A stretch of 64,000 nucleotides of DNA. Origin: a virus. The number at the start of each line of letters is the position of its first letter. Positions within the stretch are counted from its first letter, which is position 1. The position numbers and the translations under genes are program-made. The notes beneath the pieces were generated by a model. That model was not told the DNA's origin. It searched no databases and saw only the letters and a program-made list of their open reading frames with translations. This document shows positions 1 through 9,814 of this stretch, piece after piece. The DNA lies in the IMG/VR virus record IMGVR_UViG_3300042879_006196, positions 283,393-347,392 of that record; one strand, given 5' to 3'.

Positions 1-605
1 ATTTTGTATTTCACTTGAAACCCTTAATGGGTGTATGCCTTTGTAATAGTGAGTTAATTTATTTACTTGATCAAAAAAATCATATGGATTTTCTTTTGAG
101 TAATTTAGAGATTCAAAATTCGCACCCCACATGTTTTCAATTTTAATTTGTTCAAAAAGCATTCTAAAGTAACTTCTAGTGTCCACGTCACAGAAATAAT
201 CTAAAAACGTTTCTATGCTAGGAATTCCTGTGTTAATCAATGGCGCATAGCAAGCAGTTTTGTTCCAATCAATTTTATCTGCATCAGACAAAAAATTATT
301 CCAAGCTTCAGTGGTTAGAAAAATGTCTTCGTCATACTTGATTATATAATCAGTTTTAGATTCAGACATTATTCTACATTTATCAATGTAACAAGGTTGC
401 AACTGTATGTAGTTATTGAAAACTATTCCAGATTGTCGAAATTTATTTTCTAATTCGTCAATGACATTTTTTTTACAAAATATATCATTCAACACATTGA
501 TTTGTATTTGAGATTTCAAATCATCATCAATTTTATAAATTTCCTCACAAATTCTTGTTAAATTTTCTTGTCTTGTATGTGCAATAAAATTAATCTGAAA
601 TTTCA
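1..605 (-). CDS. Hypothetical protein, N-terminal part only (the ORF runs off the window edge); sits beside the glycan locus
   Basis: The reverse-strand ATG at 603-605 opens a frame that stays open to position 1 (translation MKFQINFIAHTRQENLTRICEEIYK...). It is not in the ORF track because it is truncated by the window. Confidence 0.35.
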
Positions 606-1421
606 TTAATAATTCTTATACGTTTTTTCTTTGATATATTGCTTTAAATGACAGTCTTTCTTATAACCAACTCGCTTCACTGAACAATAATTTTCAATTA
701 ACTTTTGATCAATTTGTGATTCTGTAATGACTGAATTGTGATTATTTATTCTATTTGAAGGATCAAATGTGCCGAAAAATGGCGGAAACATCCAAGGTTG
801 ACCTGTTTTTAATGCCATGTAGCCTGGAAACAATTGTATTAAGTCTCTATTAGGGTATATATCGAATGCATTATCTAAATACATCTGGCACAATCTTACA
901 GCTTCATCAGTGAGAAATGCATACTCCCAGTTACTCACCATTGCATTTTCAACCTCTAAAAATAAGTTCATTCCTTTTTCATCCCAATTATGTGTTTCAT
1001 ATTGTATTAAAGGATTACCAATTGTAATGTTTGTAAAATCTTTTCCTGTATATGTAAAGTCCCAATTTGGGCAATTATAAAATTGCAAATAATTGACATT
1101 TCTTTCAGGATTAAAAGAATTGATCAAATATTGATTGGCTGAAAATAAACAAAGATGATCAAAATCTATAGGATTAGATCGTAAAAAATAAAGTAAATCA
1201 ACAAAAACTCCAAAAATAAATCTTGATTGATTTACAGGTTGCACCACATGTTTTAATTTTACATTTGGATGATCAACATATGGATGATTGATTATAATTT
1301 CGCAATTCTTGTCAAAATAATTAATATTTTCACACATGTCTTGCAAATCATCATAATCTTGATTTCTTGCATCTCCAAAAATCAAATACAGTGTTTTTGT
1401 TTTTTTTACACAATCTGACAT
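606..1421 (-). CDS. Hypothetical protein in the glycan-biosynthesis locus
   Basis: 271-aa ORF on the same strand as the neighbouring sugar-modifying genes and overlapping the next gene by 16 nt. No recognisable motif. Confidence 0.4.
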   Translation of the reverse strand: MSDCVKKTKTLYLIFGDARNQDYDDLQDMCENINYFDKNCEIIINHPYVDHPNVKLKHVVQPVNQSRFIFGVFVDLLYFLRSNPIDFDHLCLFSANQYLINSFNPERNVNYLQFYNCPNWDFTYTGKDFTNITIGNPLIQYETHNWDEKGMNLFLEVENAMVSNWEYAFLTDEAVRLCQMYLDNAFDIYPNRDLIQLFPGYMALKTGQPWMFPPFFGTFDPSNRINNHNSVITESQIDQKLIENYCSVKRVGYKKDCHLKQYIKEKTYKNY

Positions 1422-2296
1422 ATTTGTTCTAATCTTTCTCCCACAAGTGAAATTATGTCTTGCTCATATTTTACTACATATTCTTTCATTTTGTCATCTG
1501 AATCTAAATAATGCAAACAGCTTTTGATTGTTTTTTCTTCATTTTCTAGATTGTGTAACCATCTTCGCCAAGGAGCATTTTTTTCAATTTGTTCTAAGAA
1601 ATATGTTTTATCTTCAAGCTTTAAATTGTCAAAAATCACACTATTACTTATGTAAGTAAATTCAGGGGCGTAATTGTAAGCTGATATACCTAGATCGCAC
1701 AAGATTTTCAATTCTTCATCAGAATGAAAATCACAATTGTGTCTTTTCACTTTCACTTTATACTTTTCAGCTTTAGCCACGTAACATTTTGTTTTTTCAA
1801 TATCAATTGGCGAAATATTTTTACAATCAAAAACCACTGATCCTCCTTGGCACACAATATATTCAACTTTATCCAAAAAAGGTGTAATGTCGTTCAAAGC
1901 AATGTCAAACAACAATGTTGAAAATTTAGCAATAAAATCTTCTGTTCCAAATTCAAATTTTATATTTTTGTTAGCTTCAGTGAATTCATGCATCCATTTT
2001 ATACATTCTGAACTATAACGTCCAGAAAAGTACCAGGGATCTATATGAATCATATCAAATTTTTCAGCATCGAAGGCAATAATTTTTTTATCAAATTTTT
2101 CCATACAAAAATGATCTCTTTCAACTATTAGCTCAGATTTTAAGACTTGATCAATAATTGTTTTGCTTACATAACCATTTTCATGATTGAATTGCCGTTG
2201 TGAAAGAATAAAACCAATTGGTAATCCACTTTTTAAAATAGATTTAAGAATTGGTTCATTTACTGGAGATATAAATAGTTTAGGAAGTTTTTTCAT
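1406..2296 (-). CDS. Hypothetical protein in the glycan-biosynthesis locus
   Basis: 296-aa ORF tightly packed between the flanking locus genes. No confident motif. Confidence 0.4.
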   Translation of the reverse strand: MKKLPKLFISPVNEPILKSILKSGLPIGFILSQRQFNHENGYVSKTIIDQVLKSELIVERDHFCMEKFDKKIIAFDAEKFDMIHIDPWYFSGRYSSECIKWMHEFTEANKNIKFEFGTEDFIAKFSTLLFDIALNDITPFLDKVEYIVCQGGSVVFDCKNISPIDIEKTKCYVAKAEKYKVKVKRHNCDFHSDEELKILCDLGISAYNYAPEFTYISNSVIFDNLKLEDKTYFLEQIEKNAPWRRWLHNLENEEKTIKSCLHYLDSDDKMKEYVVKYEQDIISLVGERLEQICQIV

Positions 2297-2303
2297 TTGA
2301 TTT

Positions 2304-3842
2304 CTACTCGTTCATTGTCATAAGTTTATTTAAGTTGTACCAACCCATACAATAAAGCAATGTAGCTTCTTCACCTGTGTGTACTCCAGATGAAGATAAT
2401 TGTATTAGCGCCACTATAGTGTCAATAACATTCATGTTTATGTTTCTTTGTAAACAAAACGCCTCTAACGTTTTCATTAGTTCAAGATTTTTTTCTGGAG
2501 TTCCAGCATCAAAAAAACATTGATTGTTTTCAAGCTTCACATAAAATTTATTGTTTTTAATCGCTTCATGATCAAATATCAGATTGTGTTTCATTTTAGC
2601 AATATCATAATACCAATCACCTTTACTATTGCCAAAACCTTCTCTCCAATCAATTAAAATAAACCCTTCATTTGTTTTAATAACATTTTCAAAAACCAAA
2701 TCTCCATGAGCAATGCACTGTTGTGTTGGAAACTTTTCAAATAGTTCGCTTGCGATGTTTATAAGTTCCGATAAAGGTTTTACTTTTCTAAAGTTTATGT
2801 TTTGAATTTCAGAAAAATTGTTTTTTTTGTTTTTATGAAAGTTTTCTATTCTTTTGGAAGCTTTGTCAATGTAAAAATTTTTGAAAAAATTCAAACTAGT
2901 GTGTTTATATTTTTGCCATAAATTGTTTTCACACCAAATTAAAAAATTTTCAAGCAAATCTTGTGTTAATATTTTTGATAAAGTAATTCCCTTTACAAAA
3001 TTGTAGTAAATGAAATTATTTTTTGAATAACATTCAGGAGCACATGAAGATAACACCTTGCTTCTTTCATAAAGTTTTTTTACTTTTTCTTTATCACTGA
3101 AAAATTTAACAATTTTTTCATTAACATAATATGTTTCTTCATTCATTTTTGGCAACACGCAAATCTCTTGTTTGAATTGTTTTTGCGCACTTCTTAAAGC
3201 AATAAAATTACCAATATCTATCCAGTTTTTTGTTTCAACAAAGTCAATGTTCATTTGTTGAAGAATGTGTGCGTCAGATAAATTTTGTGTTTTATTTTTA
3301 TTCAATTCTTTTATTGTTAATTCTTTAAATAAATCTATATTTTCAATATAAGCCACACCTGTATAGCAAAATTCTCCCTCTTTGGCAGGCGTATCTTCGA
3401 TTTTTTTTGATTCATCATTCAATTCGCTTATTTTTCTATATTGGTTGCTTACAAATGTTTTTGAAAAAACGGCAAAATCATTACTTTTATGAGGCACATT
3501 TGAAATATAAGTATCACAAGCATTGTAATAAAAAGGTTTATCAATCACGTCGAATGTGCATGATAAAGAGTAAAGCAATGAAGATTGTGTGCTTTCATAG
3601 TCATCTACTTCAACAAATTCTATATTTAAATCAGAGTGGTTAATCTCAATATAATCTTTAACTTGCTCTTTTAAATACCCTAAAGTTATAATAAATTTTG
3701 AAGCTCCTGGATAACTATCAAATATGTGCGAAATTATAGCTTTATCGCCAAGTTTGATCAAAGCTTTGTTTAGGAAATCAGTAATTGGCTTCAATCTTGA
3801 ACCAGTTCCTGAGCAAGTAATTACCACGTCAAAATTTTTCAT
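2304..3842 (-). CDS. Two-domain sugar-phosphate/phosphocholine nucleotidyltransferase plus small-molecule kinase (LicC-like N-terminus, LicA/APH-like C-terminus)
   Basis: The N-terminus VVITCSGTGSRLKPIT is the G-x-G-x-R-L nucleotidyltransferase motif. The C-terminus HGDLVFENV...ILIDWREGFG resembles the Brenner motif and D-x-x-x-x-N of choline/aminoglycoside kinase-like folds. Confidence 0.6.
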   Translation of the reverse strand: MKNFDVVITCSGTGSRLKPITDFLNKALIKLGDKAIISHIFDSYPGASKFIITLGYLKEQVKDYIEINHSDLNIEFVEVDDYESTQSSLLYSLSCTFDVIDKPFYYNACDTYISNVPHKSNDFAVFSKTFVSNQYRKISELNDESKKIEDTPAKEGEFCYTGVAYIENIDLFKELTIKELNKNKTQNLSDAHILQQMNIDFVETKNWIDIGNFIALRSAQKQFKQEICVLPKMNEETYYVNEKIVKFFSDKEKVKKLYERSKVLSSCAPECYSKNNFIYYNFVKGITLSKILTQDLLENFLIWCENNLWQKYKHTSLNFFKNFYIDKASKRIENFHKNKKNNFSEIQNINFRKVKPLSELINIASELFEKFPTQQCIAHGDLVFENVIKTNEGFILIDWREGFGNSKGDWYYDIAKMKHNLIFDHEAIKNNKFYVKLENNQCFFDAGTPEKNLELMKTLEAFCLQRNINMNVIDTIVALIQLSSSGVHTGEEATLLYCMGWYNLNKLMTMNE

Positions 3843-3867
3843 TCATGCATATTATACATAAACTTCG

Positions 3868-4557
3868 ATGTACAATAAAATAATGATTGTAATTTGCACT
3901 CATAAAAGTCCAGATATTTTAGAAAGATTTTTATCTTCAATCAAAAACCATCAAACTGAAAATCATAAAATTTTGATTGTAGAAACATCTGATAGCCAAG
4001 ATTCTAAAGTTTTATCTGAAAAGTATCAATGCTTATTTTCAAATACAAATTTGAAATATGAAATTGGCGCTTATGTGCATGCAATTAATTTATATCCTGA
4101 TGAAGATGAATATTTTTTATTTCAAGACTCATTAGAAATAGTCAATGATAATTGGGAAGATAATTTCAGGAAATTGTCTCAAGGAGAAAAGCTTGTCACA
4201 TTGTGTGGATATTTTTTAAAAGATGATCCATGCCCTGGGTGCGGAGTTGAAGAATTTGAGTCGTTATTTAATTGTAAGTTTCCAACCGAAGAAGGCTATG
4301 CAGTGATGACGAATAGCTTTTATATTACACAATCTGCAAAACAAAAACTTAAAAATTTTGGTATTGATAGGTTATTTGCTCATGAAAAAAACGACACTTA
4401 TAAAACAGAAAGAATTTTAGGAGCAATGGCACACTATACTTGTGGTATAGCAGATTTATCAGAACTTTTAGGAAATTATATTTGGCAAGTAGATCAGTTT
4501 TTGCCTGGTTTTGGTTTTACAAAATTTATTTTAAAACATATCAGAAAAAGACAATGA
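3868..4557 (+). CDS. Putative glycosyltransferase (GT-A-like)
   Basis: The N-terminus IMIVICTHKSPDILERFLSSI resembles the start of a GT2 fold. It sits in the glycan locus and its stop overlaps the next start as ATGA. Confidence 0.4.
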   Translation: MYNKIMIVICTHKSPDILERFLSSIKNHQTENHKILIVETSDSQDSKVLSEKYQCLFSNTNLKYEIGAYVHAINLYPDEDEYFLFQDSLEIVNDNWEDNFRKLSQGEKLVTLCGYFLKDDPCPGCGVEEFESLFNCKFPTEEGYAVMTNSFYITQSAKQKLKNFGIDRLFAHEKNDTYKTERILGAMAHYTCGIADLSELLGNYIWQVDQFLPGFGFTKFILKHIRKRQ

Positions 4558-5693
4558 AAAATATAATCACAAGAAAAAATTGTTTAATTGATCAAAATGA
4601 AAATTTAGAAAATCTTCATGTATTTAAGAATGTTCCTGTCTTCATGGGTTGCGTAGACACTTGTCCAGAAGATGACCTTAAACATGACATGATTTGGCAA
4701 ATTGACAAAACTACAGGCTTTATACAATTGAAAGAATTAATTCCACTTGACATTCTGTATCCAGAAGCTCACAATGCAGGAGCTATAGGCAAAATATGGT
4801 CTGAACATCATCGCGCTTTTGCTAATTTTATCAGAAAAACAAATCCAAACCAAGTTTTGGAAATTGGTGGATCTCATGGAATTTTATATGAGAAATATTG
4901 TTCTGAAAAAACAATACCTTGGACAATTATAGATTTGAACCCTATTCCGATAGATAATTGTAAAGCTGTTTTCAAAAAAGATATTTTTGATGAAAATTTC
5001 GAATATGATGAAGATTTTGATTGTTTAATTCATAGTCATTTTTATGAACACATTTATGAACCAATGGCAATCATGAAAAAAATGGCATCTTTGATTAAAA
5101 AAGATAAAAAAATGATTTTTTCAGTACCAAACATGCAAAAAATGCTAGAAAAAAAATATAGTAATTGTTTAAATTTTGAACACACTTTCTTTTTGTCAGA
5201 ACCTTACACCGAATATTTATTATCATTATTTAATTTGAAAATATTAGAAAAAGAATATTTTTTAGAAGATCATAGCATTTTTTATTGCGTACAGCATGAT
5301 GAAAACTATGATATAATAGAATTGCCTAATGATTTGTATACTCACAATAAGAATGTTTTTGAAAGTTATGTTAACTATTACCAATCACTCATAATTGATA
5401 TAAATGAAAAAATTAAAAATTGTGGTCCAGAAAGCATATTTTTATTCGGTGCACATATTTTTTCACAAAACTTAATAATGTTTGGTCTCGATGTTTCAAA
5501 GATTCGCTGTATTATAGATAACGATGTAGCAAAGCAAGGCAAGAGGTTATATGGCACTCCTTTTGAAGTTTGCTCTCCAAATATTTTAAAAGATATTGAG
5601 AAACCTATAATAGTTTTGAAGGCTGGAGTATATAACGAAGAAATTAAAAACCAAATAAATGATCTTAACTCTGAAACACTTTTTTATGAATGA
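4554..5693 (+). CDS. Class I SAM-dependent methyltransferase
   Basis: VLEIGGSHGILYE matches methyltransferase motif I (E/D-x-G-x-G-x-G). The likely start is the ATG at 4554, which overlaps the upstream stop; the ORF-track start at 4440 is probably spurious. Confidence 0.55.
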   Translation: MKNIITRKNCLIDQNENLENLHVFKNVPVFMGCVDTCPEDDLKHDMIWQIDKTTGFIQLKELIPLDILYPEAHNAGAIGKIWSEHHRAFANFIRKTNPNQVLEIGGSHGILYEKYCSEKTIPWTIIDLNPIPIDNCKAVFKKDIFDENFEYDEDFDCLIHSHFYEHIYEPMAIMKKMASLIKKDKKMIFSVPNMQKMLEKKYSNCLNFEHTFFLSEPYTEYLLSLFNLKILEKEYFLEDHSIFYCVQHDENYDIIELPNDLYTHNKNVFESYVNYYQSLIIDINEKIKNCGPESIFLFGAHIFSQNLIMFGLDVSKIRCIIDNDVAKQGKRLYGTPFEVCSPNILKDIEKPIIVLKAGVYNEEIKNQINDLNSETLFYE

Positions 5694-6410
5694 TTAGACT
5701 CTACCAAATTGATCTTCATATCTTGTTATGTCATCTTCAGAGAATTTCTCTCCAGTTTGAATTTCAATAAAAATCAAATCTGTGTCTCCAGTGTTAACTA
5801 CTCTATGTTTTTCATTTTTTTTGACCTGACACACAGATCCTTTTTCAATTGGATGTTGATTATCTTCAAGAACAAAGATGCCATTCCCCTCAATAATTAA
5901 CCATAACTCATCACGATGCTGATGAGATTGTAAACTTGATGCTTTTCCTGGCAACACTTTTATTTCTTTCACGTGATATTTTTTATTATAAGCTAGAGTG
6001 GAAAAATTACCCCAAGGTCTTTCTTCACAAGGCTTGATTATTTTTTCAATTTCATCTTCAGTGATTCCATTTCTATTGGGAGTAAAACTGAAGGCTGTTT
6101 TCATGTTTGAGTTGGGCTTAAGATCATTAACAACAATTCTTTCACCTCTTCCGCAACCCATTACTAATTCATCATAAAATATATTTAACTTTCTTAATTG
6201 ATCTTCGGTTTGTTTTCTTGTTGAATTTCTTCTACCTGTCGTTAATACAATTTTAGCCCCGTTTTTTTCAATAGTATCTAAAAACTGCCTTGTCATCGTA
6301 ATCATTGATAAATTCTGGTCTGAAAGCTGTGCTCTAAGAGAACCATAATGCACCAATAGCACCCCATCTATGTCAAGAAAGTAAGTTTGTGTCATATAAT
6401 TGTTGTACAA
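5694..6410 (-). CDS. HAD-like hydrolase domain fused to a cupin domain (possible sugar-phosphate phosphatase/isomerase)
   Basis: The N-terminus YFLDIDGVLLV is HAD motif I (DxDG). The C-terminus HQHRDELWLIIEGNG...HRVVNTGD is a cupin two-His motif. Confidence 0.5.
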   Translation of the reverse strand: MYNNYMTQTYFLDIDGVLLVHYGSLRAQLSDQNLSMITMTRQFLDTIEKNGAKIVLTTGRRNSTRKQTEDQLRKLNIFYDELVMGCGRGERIVVNDLKPNSNMKTAFSFTPNRNGITEDEIEKIIKPCEERPWGNFSTLAYNKKYHVKEIKVLPGKASSLQSHQHRDELWLIIEGNGIFVLEDNQHPIEKGSVCQVKKNEKHRVVNTGDTDLIFIEIQTGEKFSEDDITRYEDQFGRV

Positions 6411-6417
6411 CTAATAG

Positions 6418-6960
6418 ATGCTTTGGGATTTAGCAATTAAAAACATTTGTAAAGAATCAAATTTAGTTTTAGAATTTGGCGTACACACAGGGAGCACAAT
6501 CACGTATTTTAGAAATAGACTACCTGCTTTTTATAATTTTTATGGATTTGATAGTTTTGAGGGTTTACCAGAAGATTGGACTGGAACAGATTTAGAAAAG
6601 GGATTTTTCAGTTTGAACGGAGAAGTGCCTGATATTGAAGGAGTTAATTTAGTAAAAGGTTGGTTCTCTGAAAGTTTACCTAAATGGCTTGAAGGACGTG
6701 AGCCTGAAAAAATTGCATTGCTACATATTGATTGTGATTTATATTCTAGCACAAAAACAGTTTTAGATAACCTCACTCATATGATTCAACCTGGCACTCT
6801 TATTTTATTTGACGAGTGGTTTTACCCAGCACCAGAAAAGTTGAATCAACATGAGCAAAAAGCATTTTTTGAATGGGTTTTAGCCAATCAAATCGATTTT
6901 ACTTTTATTGAAAGTAATTATCATGGCGATCAACCCAGAAAGCTAGTGAAGATTAAATAA
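6418..6960 (+). CDS. TylF/MycF-family O-methyltransferase (macrocin O-methyltransferase-like)
   Basis: LEFGVHTGSTI, DSFEGLPE and LLHIDCDLYSST...LILFDEW are the characteristic TylF-family blocks. Confidence 0.65.
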   Translation: MLWDLAIKNICKESNLVLEFGVHTGSTITYFRNRLPAFYNFYGFDSFEGLPEDWTGTDLEKGFFSLNGEVPDIEGVNLVKGWFSESLPKWLEGREPEKIALLHIDCDLYSSTKTVLDNLTHMIQPGTLILFDEWFYPAPEKLNQHEQKAFFEWVLANQIDFTFIESNYHGDQPRKLVKIK

Positions 6961-7825
6961 TCTTGCCGAATAATTCAACAAGATAATCTATATCAAAATA
7001 TTTATTATATGTGACATAAGGTTGCATCAAATAATAAATATATAGGTCTTTGTCGTTGTTAATTTCAATTACTTTATCTGCAAGTTCATCAAAATCTTTG
7101 AATGCTTTAACGTTAAGAAAACTTTCGCTATTAAAGTCATCATTAATCAAATCACTGCCCCAATAAATAGGAATACAATTTGCTATCATTGGTTCAAAAA
7201 TCTTTTCTGTAGTGTACCCTTTGTAGCCATTGAATTCATCATTGTTTTCAATAGCAAAGCAAAACTTGTATTGTCTAAGAAAATCAATTTTAGCTTGTGA
7301 TCCTGTAATGGCACCAGGCTCTCCTGGTATGACTGGGTGGTTGTTCATGTGTCTACCTGCACAGTCAACATGCATCCTGGTCAAAAAATGATTAACAATT
7401 GCTTCTCTGGGACATTTGCCACCCGCACCTTGTGAAATGTATGTAATCAGTTTAGATTTTTCATTTAAAATTTCTTTTGTGTAATCTCTTGTTAAAATTG
7501 ATTTATAAGATTTTGTTATTCCGAATTTCCATAAATCATAGGCATATAGCGGATACAAAGGTAGCCTTAAATGTGTCTCACTGTCCACATAAAATGAAGT
7601 AAGTGCATAATCACATGCGCCTGAGTTGAAAAAAGGCTCTCCGCTAAAATAGACAGCCTTAGCATTGCCATTTTTTTGGAAATTAGGTGAATCAGTGAAA
7701 ATAATATCAGGATTTTCACTTGTCACTTCTACGTCATGTGTTTGGCTTAAAACCCAAACAAAAAAGTTATCCTTCTTATCGAAGGTGCCCCAGAAACTAT
7801 CGAACCATACTTTTAATTTTTTCAT
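6953..7825 (-). CDS. GT10 alpha-1,3/4-fucosyltransferase
   Basis: FCFAIENN...GYTTEKIFEPMIANCIPIYWG closely matches the conserved alpha-1,3-fucosyltransferase motif of bacterial FucTs (FENS...GYVTEK...IPIYWG). Confidence 0.8.
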   Translation of the reverse strand: MKKLKVWFDSFWGTFDKKDNFFVWVLSQTHDVEVTSENPDIIFTDSPNFQKNGNAKAVYFSGEPFFNSGACDYALTSFYVDSETHLRLPLYPLYAYDLWKFGITKSYKSILTRDYTKEILNEKSKLITYISQGAGGKCPREAIVNHFLTRMHVDCAGRHMNNHPVIPGEPGAITGSQAKIDFLRQYKFCFAIENNDEFNGYKGYTTEKIFEPMIANCIPIYWGSDLINDDFNSESFLNVKAFKDFDELADKVIEINNDKDLYIYYLMQPYVTYNKYFDIDYLVELFGKII

Positions 7826-7827
7826 AT

Positions 7828-8457
7828 TTAATAAAACCCATTAACTATAATTGAAGGTGAGTCATCACAAGAACACACTGGAGGATAAACAGCATAAATC
7901 TTTTTATCACTCCTCATGATTACACCATCCGCTGTATTCATTTTTTTAACTTGCGATTCATAAAGATCACAAGCTATATTAGACGTTCTGATAACATAAG
8001 CTGAAGTTCCAGCTCTTGTATATTTATCAGTGTACGGACTTGCTAAATGCGGAGTAGTGTACAAATCACAATCAGCTGTGAACAATGCCAAAATATCATA
8101 ATCAGAATTTAAAGCAATTTCTAAATTTGATAATGTATTAAAAACAGAGTCGTCCTCTAAAATCAAACAATTACTTAAATTTTCATTAGCAATTATTTGA
8201 TAAATCAACATGTGTGCCAAAGCACAAGCAACTTGACCATCACTTAATGGATCAAGCAAAGGAATATCATTAGGTATACTTGGTAGATTATGTACGGCTA
8301 AGCCATCTTTAGAAACACAATTCAAACCTTGCATTACAAATTGACACAATCTATAATTTAAACCTTCCCATCTTTCATTAAATGCTTGAAATCTTTGAGA
8401 CTCAGGGTGAGCAATTACAAATACGTTTTCAAAATAATTATTGATTATATGATTCAT
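7828..8457 (-). CDS. Putative GT25-family LPS/LOS glycosyltransferase
   Basis: The N-terminal VFVIAHPESQRFQAF pattern resembles the GT25 family. It overlaps its neighbours as an operon would. Confidence 0.45.
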   Translation of the reverse strand: MNHIINNYFENVFVIAHPESQRFQAFNERWEGLNYRLCQFVMQGLNCVSKDGLAVHNLPSIPNDIPLLDPLSDGQVACALAHMLIYQIIANENLSNCLILEDDSVFNTLSNLEIALNSDYDILALFTADCDLYTTPHLASPYTDKYTRAGTSAYVIRTSNIACDLYESQVKKMNTADGVIMRSDKKIYAVYPPVCSCDDSPSIIVNGFY

Positions 8458-9164
8458 TGTTCACCGAAGTAATTATTATAAAAGTTTTTTACCAAATTTA
8501 ACGATTCTTTGCTCATTTCATTTAAAACATATTCTTTTTGTTTAAGAAATTTAACAGCAGAATGGGAATTCATAGTAAATTTATATTTACTCCTCACTCT
8601 TTTTGACCATTCAACATCTTCTGCCTCACCCCATATCAAATTTTCATTAAGCGGAAATTCTTGCATTACATTTTTTTTTGCCACCCAATAAAACCCAGGA
8701 ATGTACATAATTTTTGAAAACTCTTGATCATAAGGTAAGAGTTGTTCGGCATTTGGCAACTGATAATCTTGATAATAAACCAACCAATCTATATTTCTTT
8801 TTCCATCGAGATTGTGTACACGGTTCATGCACACTTGAAAGTCATTACCAAACTTTAAAAATCCTTCATACCAGCCATTTTCTAAAACAATATAATCATG
8901 CATTAAAACTATATTTTCATATTTTGCGTTTTCTACAATCAAATTTTTTTTCTTTGTGATCCATCCAGTTTTTTGTGTTTCGTCAAAATGAATATAATCA
9001 TCATAGAGGTTTTCACATAACCAATCTTTGTTCAAATTATCATAGATATCTCCAATGAATATTATTTGTTTATTTGGTATTTTCTGATTTTTAATTTGAT
9101 TATAAATAATTGGATGTAAGTGTTTATTTTCTTTAGTCACACAAATTCCAAAAGTAAAATCCAT
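8454..9164 (-). CDS. Hypothetical protein, possibly a glycosyltransferase, in the glycan locus
   Basis: 236-aa ORF co-oriented and overlapping with the GT25-like gene. No firm motif. Confidence 0.35.
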   Translation of the reverse strand: MDFTFGICVTKENKHLHPIIYNQIKNQKIPNKQIIFIGDIYDNLNKDWLCENLYDDYIHFDETQKTGWITKKKNLIVENAKYENIVLMHDYIVLENGWYEGFLKFGNDFQVCMNRVHNLDGKRNIDWLVYYQDYQLPNAEQLLPYDQEFSKIMYIPGFYWVAKKNVMQEFPLNENLIWGEAEDVEWSKRVRSKYKFTMNSHSAVKFLKQKEYVLNEMSKESLNLVKNFYNNYFGEQ

Positions 9165-9184
9165 TTACATATTGTACAATTTAC

Positions 9185-9814
9185 ATGATGAGCGAATTCT
9201 ACAGTCAATACGGTCAAGACCAATATATTTACGAAACTTTCTTCAAAAACAAAACGGACGGAGTATTTGTAGATATAGGAGCTTATGATGGAATAAAACT
9301 TTCTAATAGTTACTTTTTTGAAAAACTAGGTTGGACAGGTTTTTGTTTTGAGCCAGTAGATGACGCTTTTCAAAAATTAATATCGAATAGATCTCACTCT
9401 AAATGCTTTAACTGTGCAATTGGACATGAAAATAAAAAAGTACAATTCTTGAAAGTAGTTGGAAACGCAGATATGCTCAGTGGCGTATTAGATTATTATG
9501 ATGCAAATCATATGTTTAGAATAAACAAAGAAACTTATGAATCAAATGGAGAACAAATTGGAATTGAAGTTGAAATGTTCACGCTTGATCATTTCCTTCC
9601 TATAAATTCTCCAATTGATTATTTGTCAATTGATACTGAAGGTGGTGAATCTAAAATATTAAAAAATATTTTAGAAAATTTCAATCCAAAAATCATTTCT
9701 GTAGAAGTGAATTATGAAGCAGATTCAAAGAAACTTTTTGAAGTTCTTGACAAACAATATGAGGTAGTTAAAAATTTAGGATGCGATCTTATTTTAAAGG
9801 ATAAAAAATGGTAG
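9185..9814 (+). CDS. FkbM-family methyltransferase
   Basis: FVDIGAYDGIKLSNSYFF...GFCFEP...NCAIGHENKKVQF matches the FkbM methyltransferase signature. Confidence 0.6.
   Translation: MMSEFYSQYGQDQYIYETFFKNKTDGVFVDIGAYDGIKLSNSYFFEKLGWTGFCFEPVDDAFQKLISNRSHSKCFNCAIGHENKKVQFLKVVGNADMLSGVLDYYDANHMFRINKETYESNGEQIGIEVEMFTLDHFLPINSPIDYLSIDTEGGESKILKNILENFNPKIISVEVNYEADSKKLFEVLDKQYEVVKNLGCDLILKDKKW

Noticed and set aside
3407-3643. Small ORFs on the strand opposite to long ORFs (for example 3407-3643, 5709-5900, 6540-6776, 8509-8959, 9847-10147, 13723-13944, 15605-15920, 16741-17088, 17921-18135, 24491-25210, 26307-26579, 34252-34872, 37746-38012, 43655-43948, 50505-50992).
   Set aside because: They are fully embedded in much longer, motif-bearing ORFs on the other strand. 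They have AT-rich low-complexity translations and no start context. They are treated as spurious.
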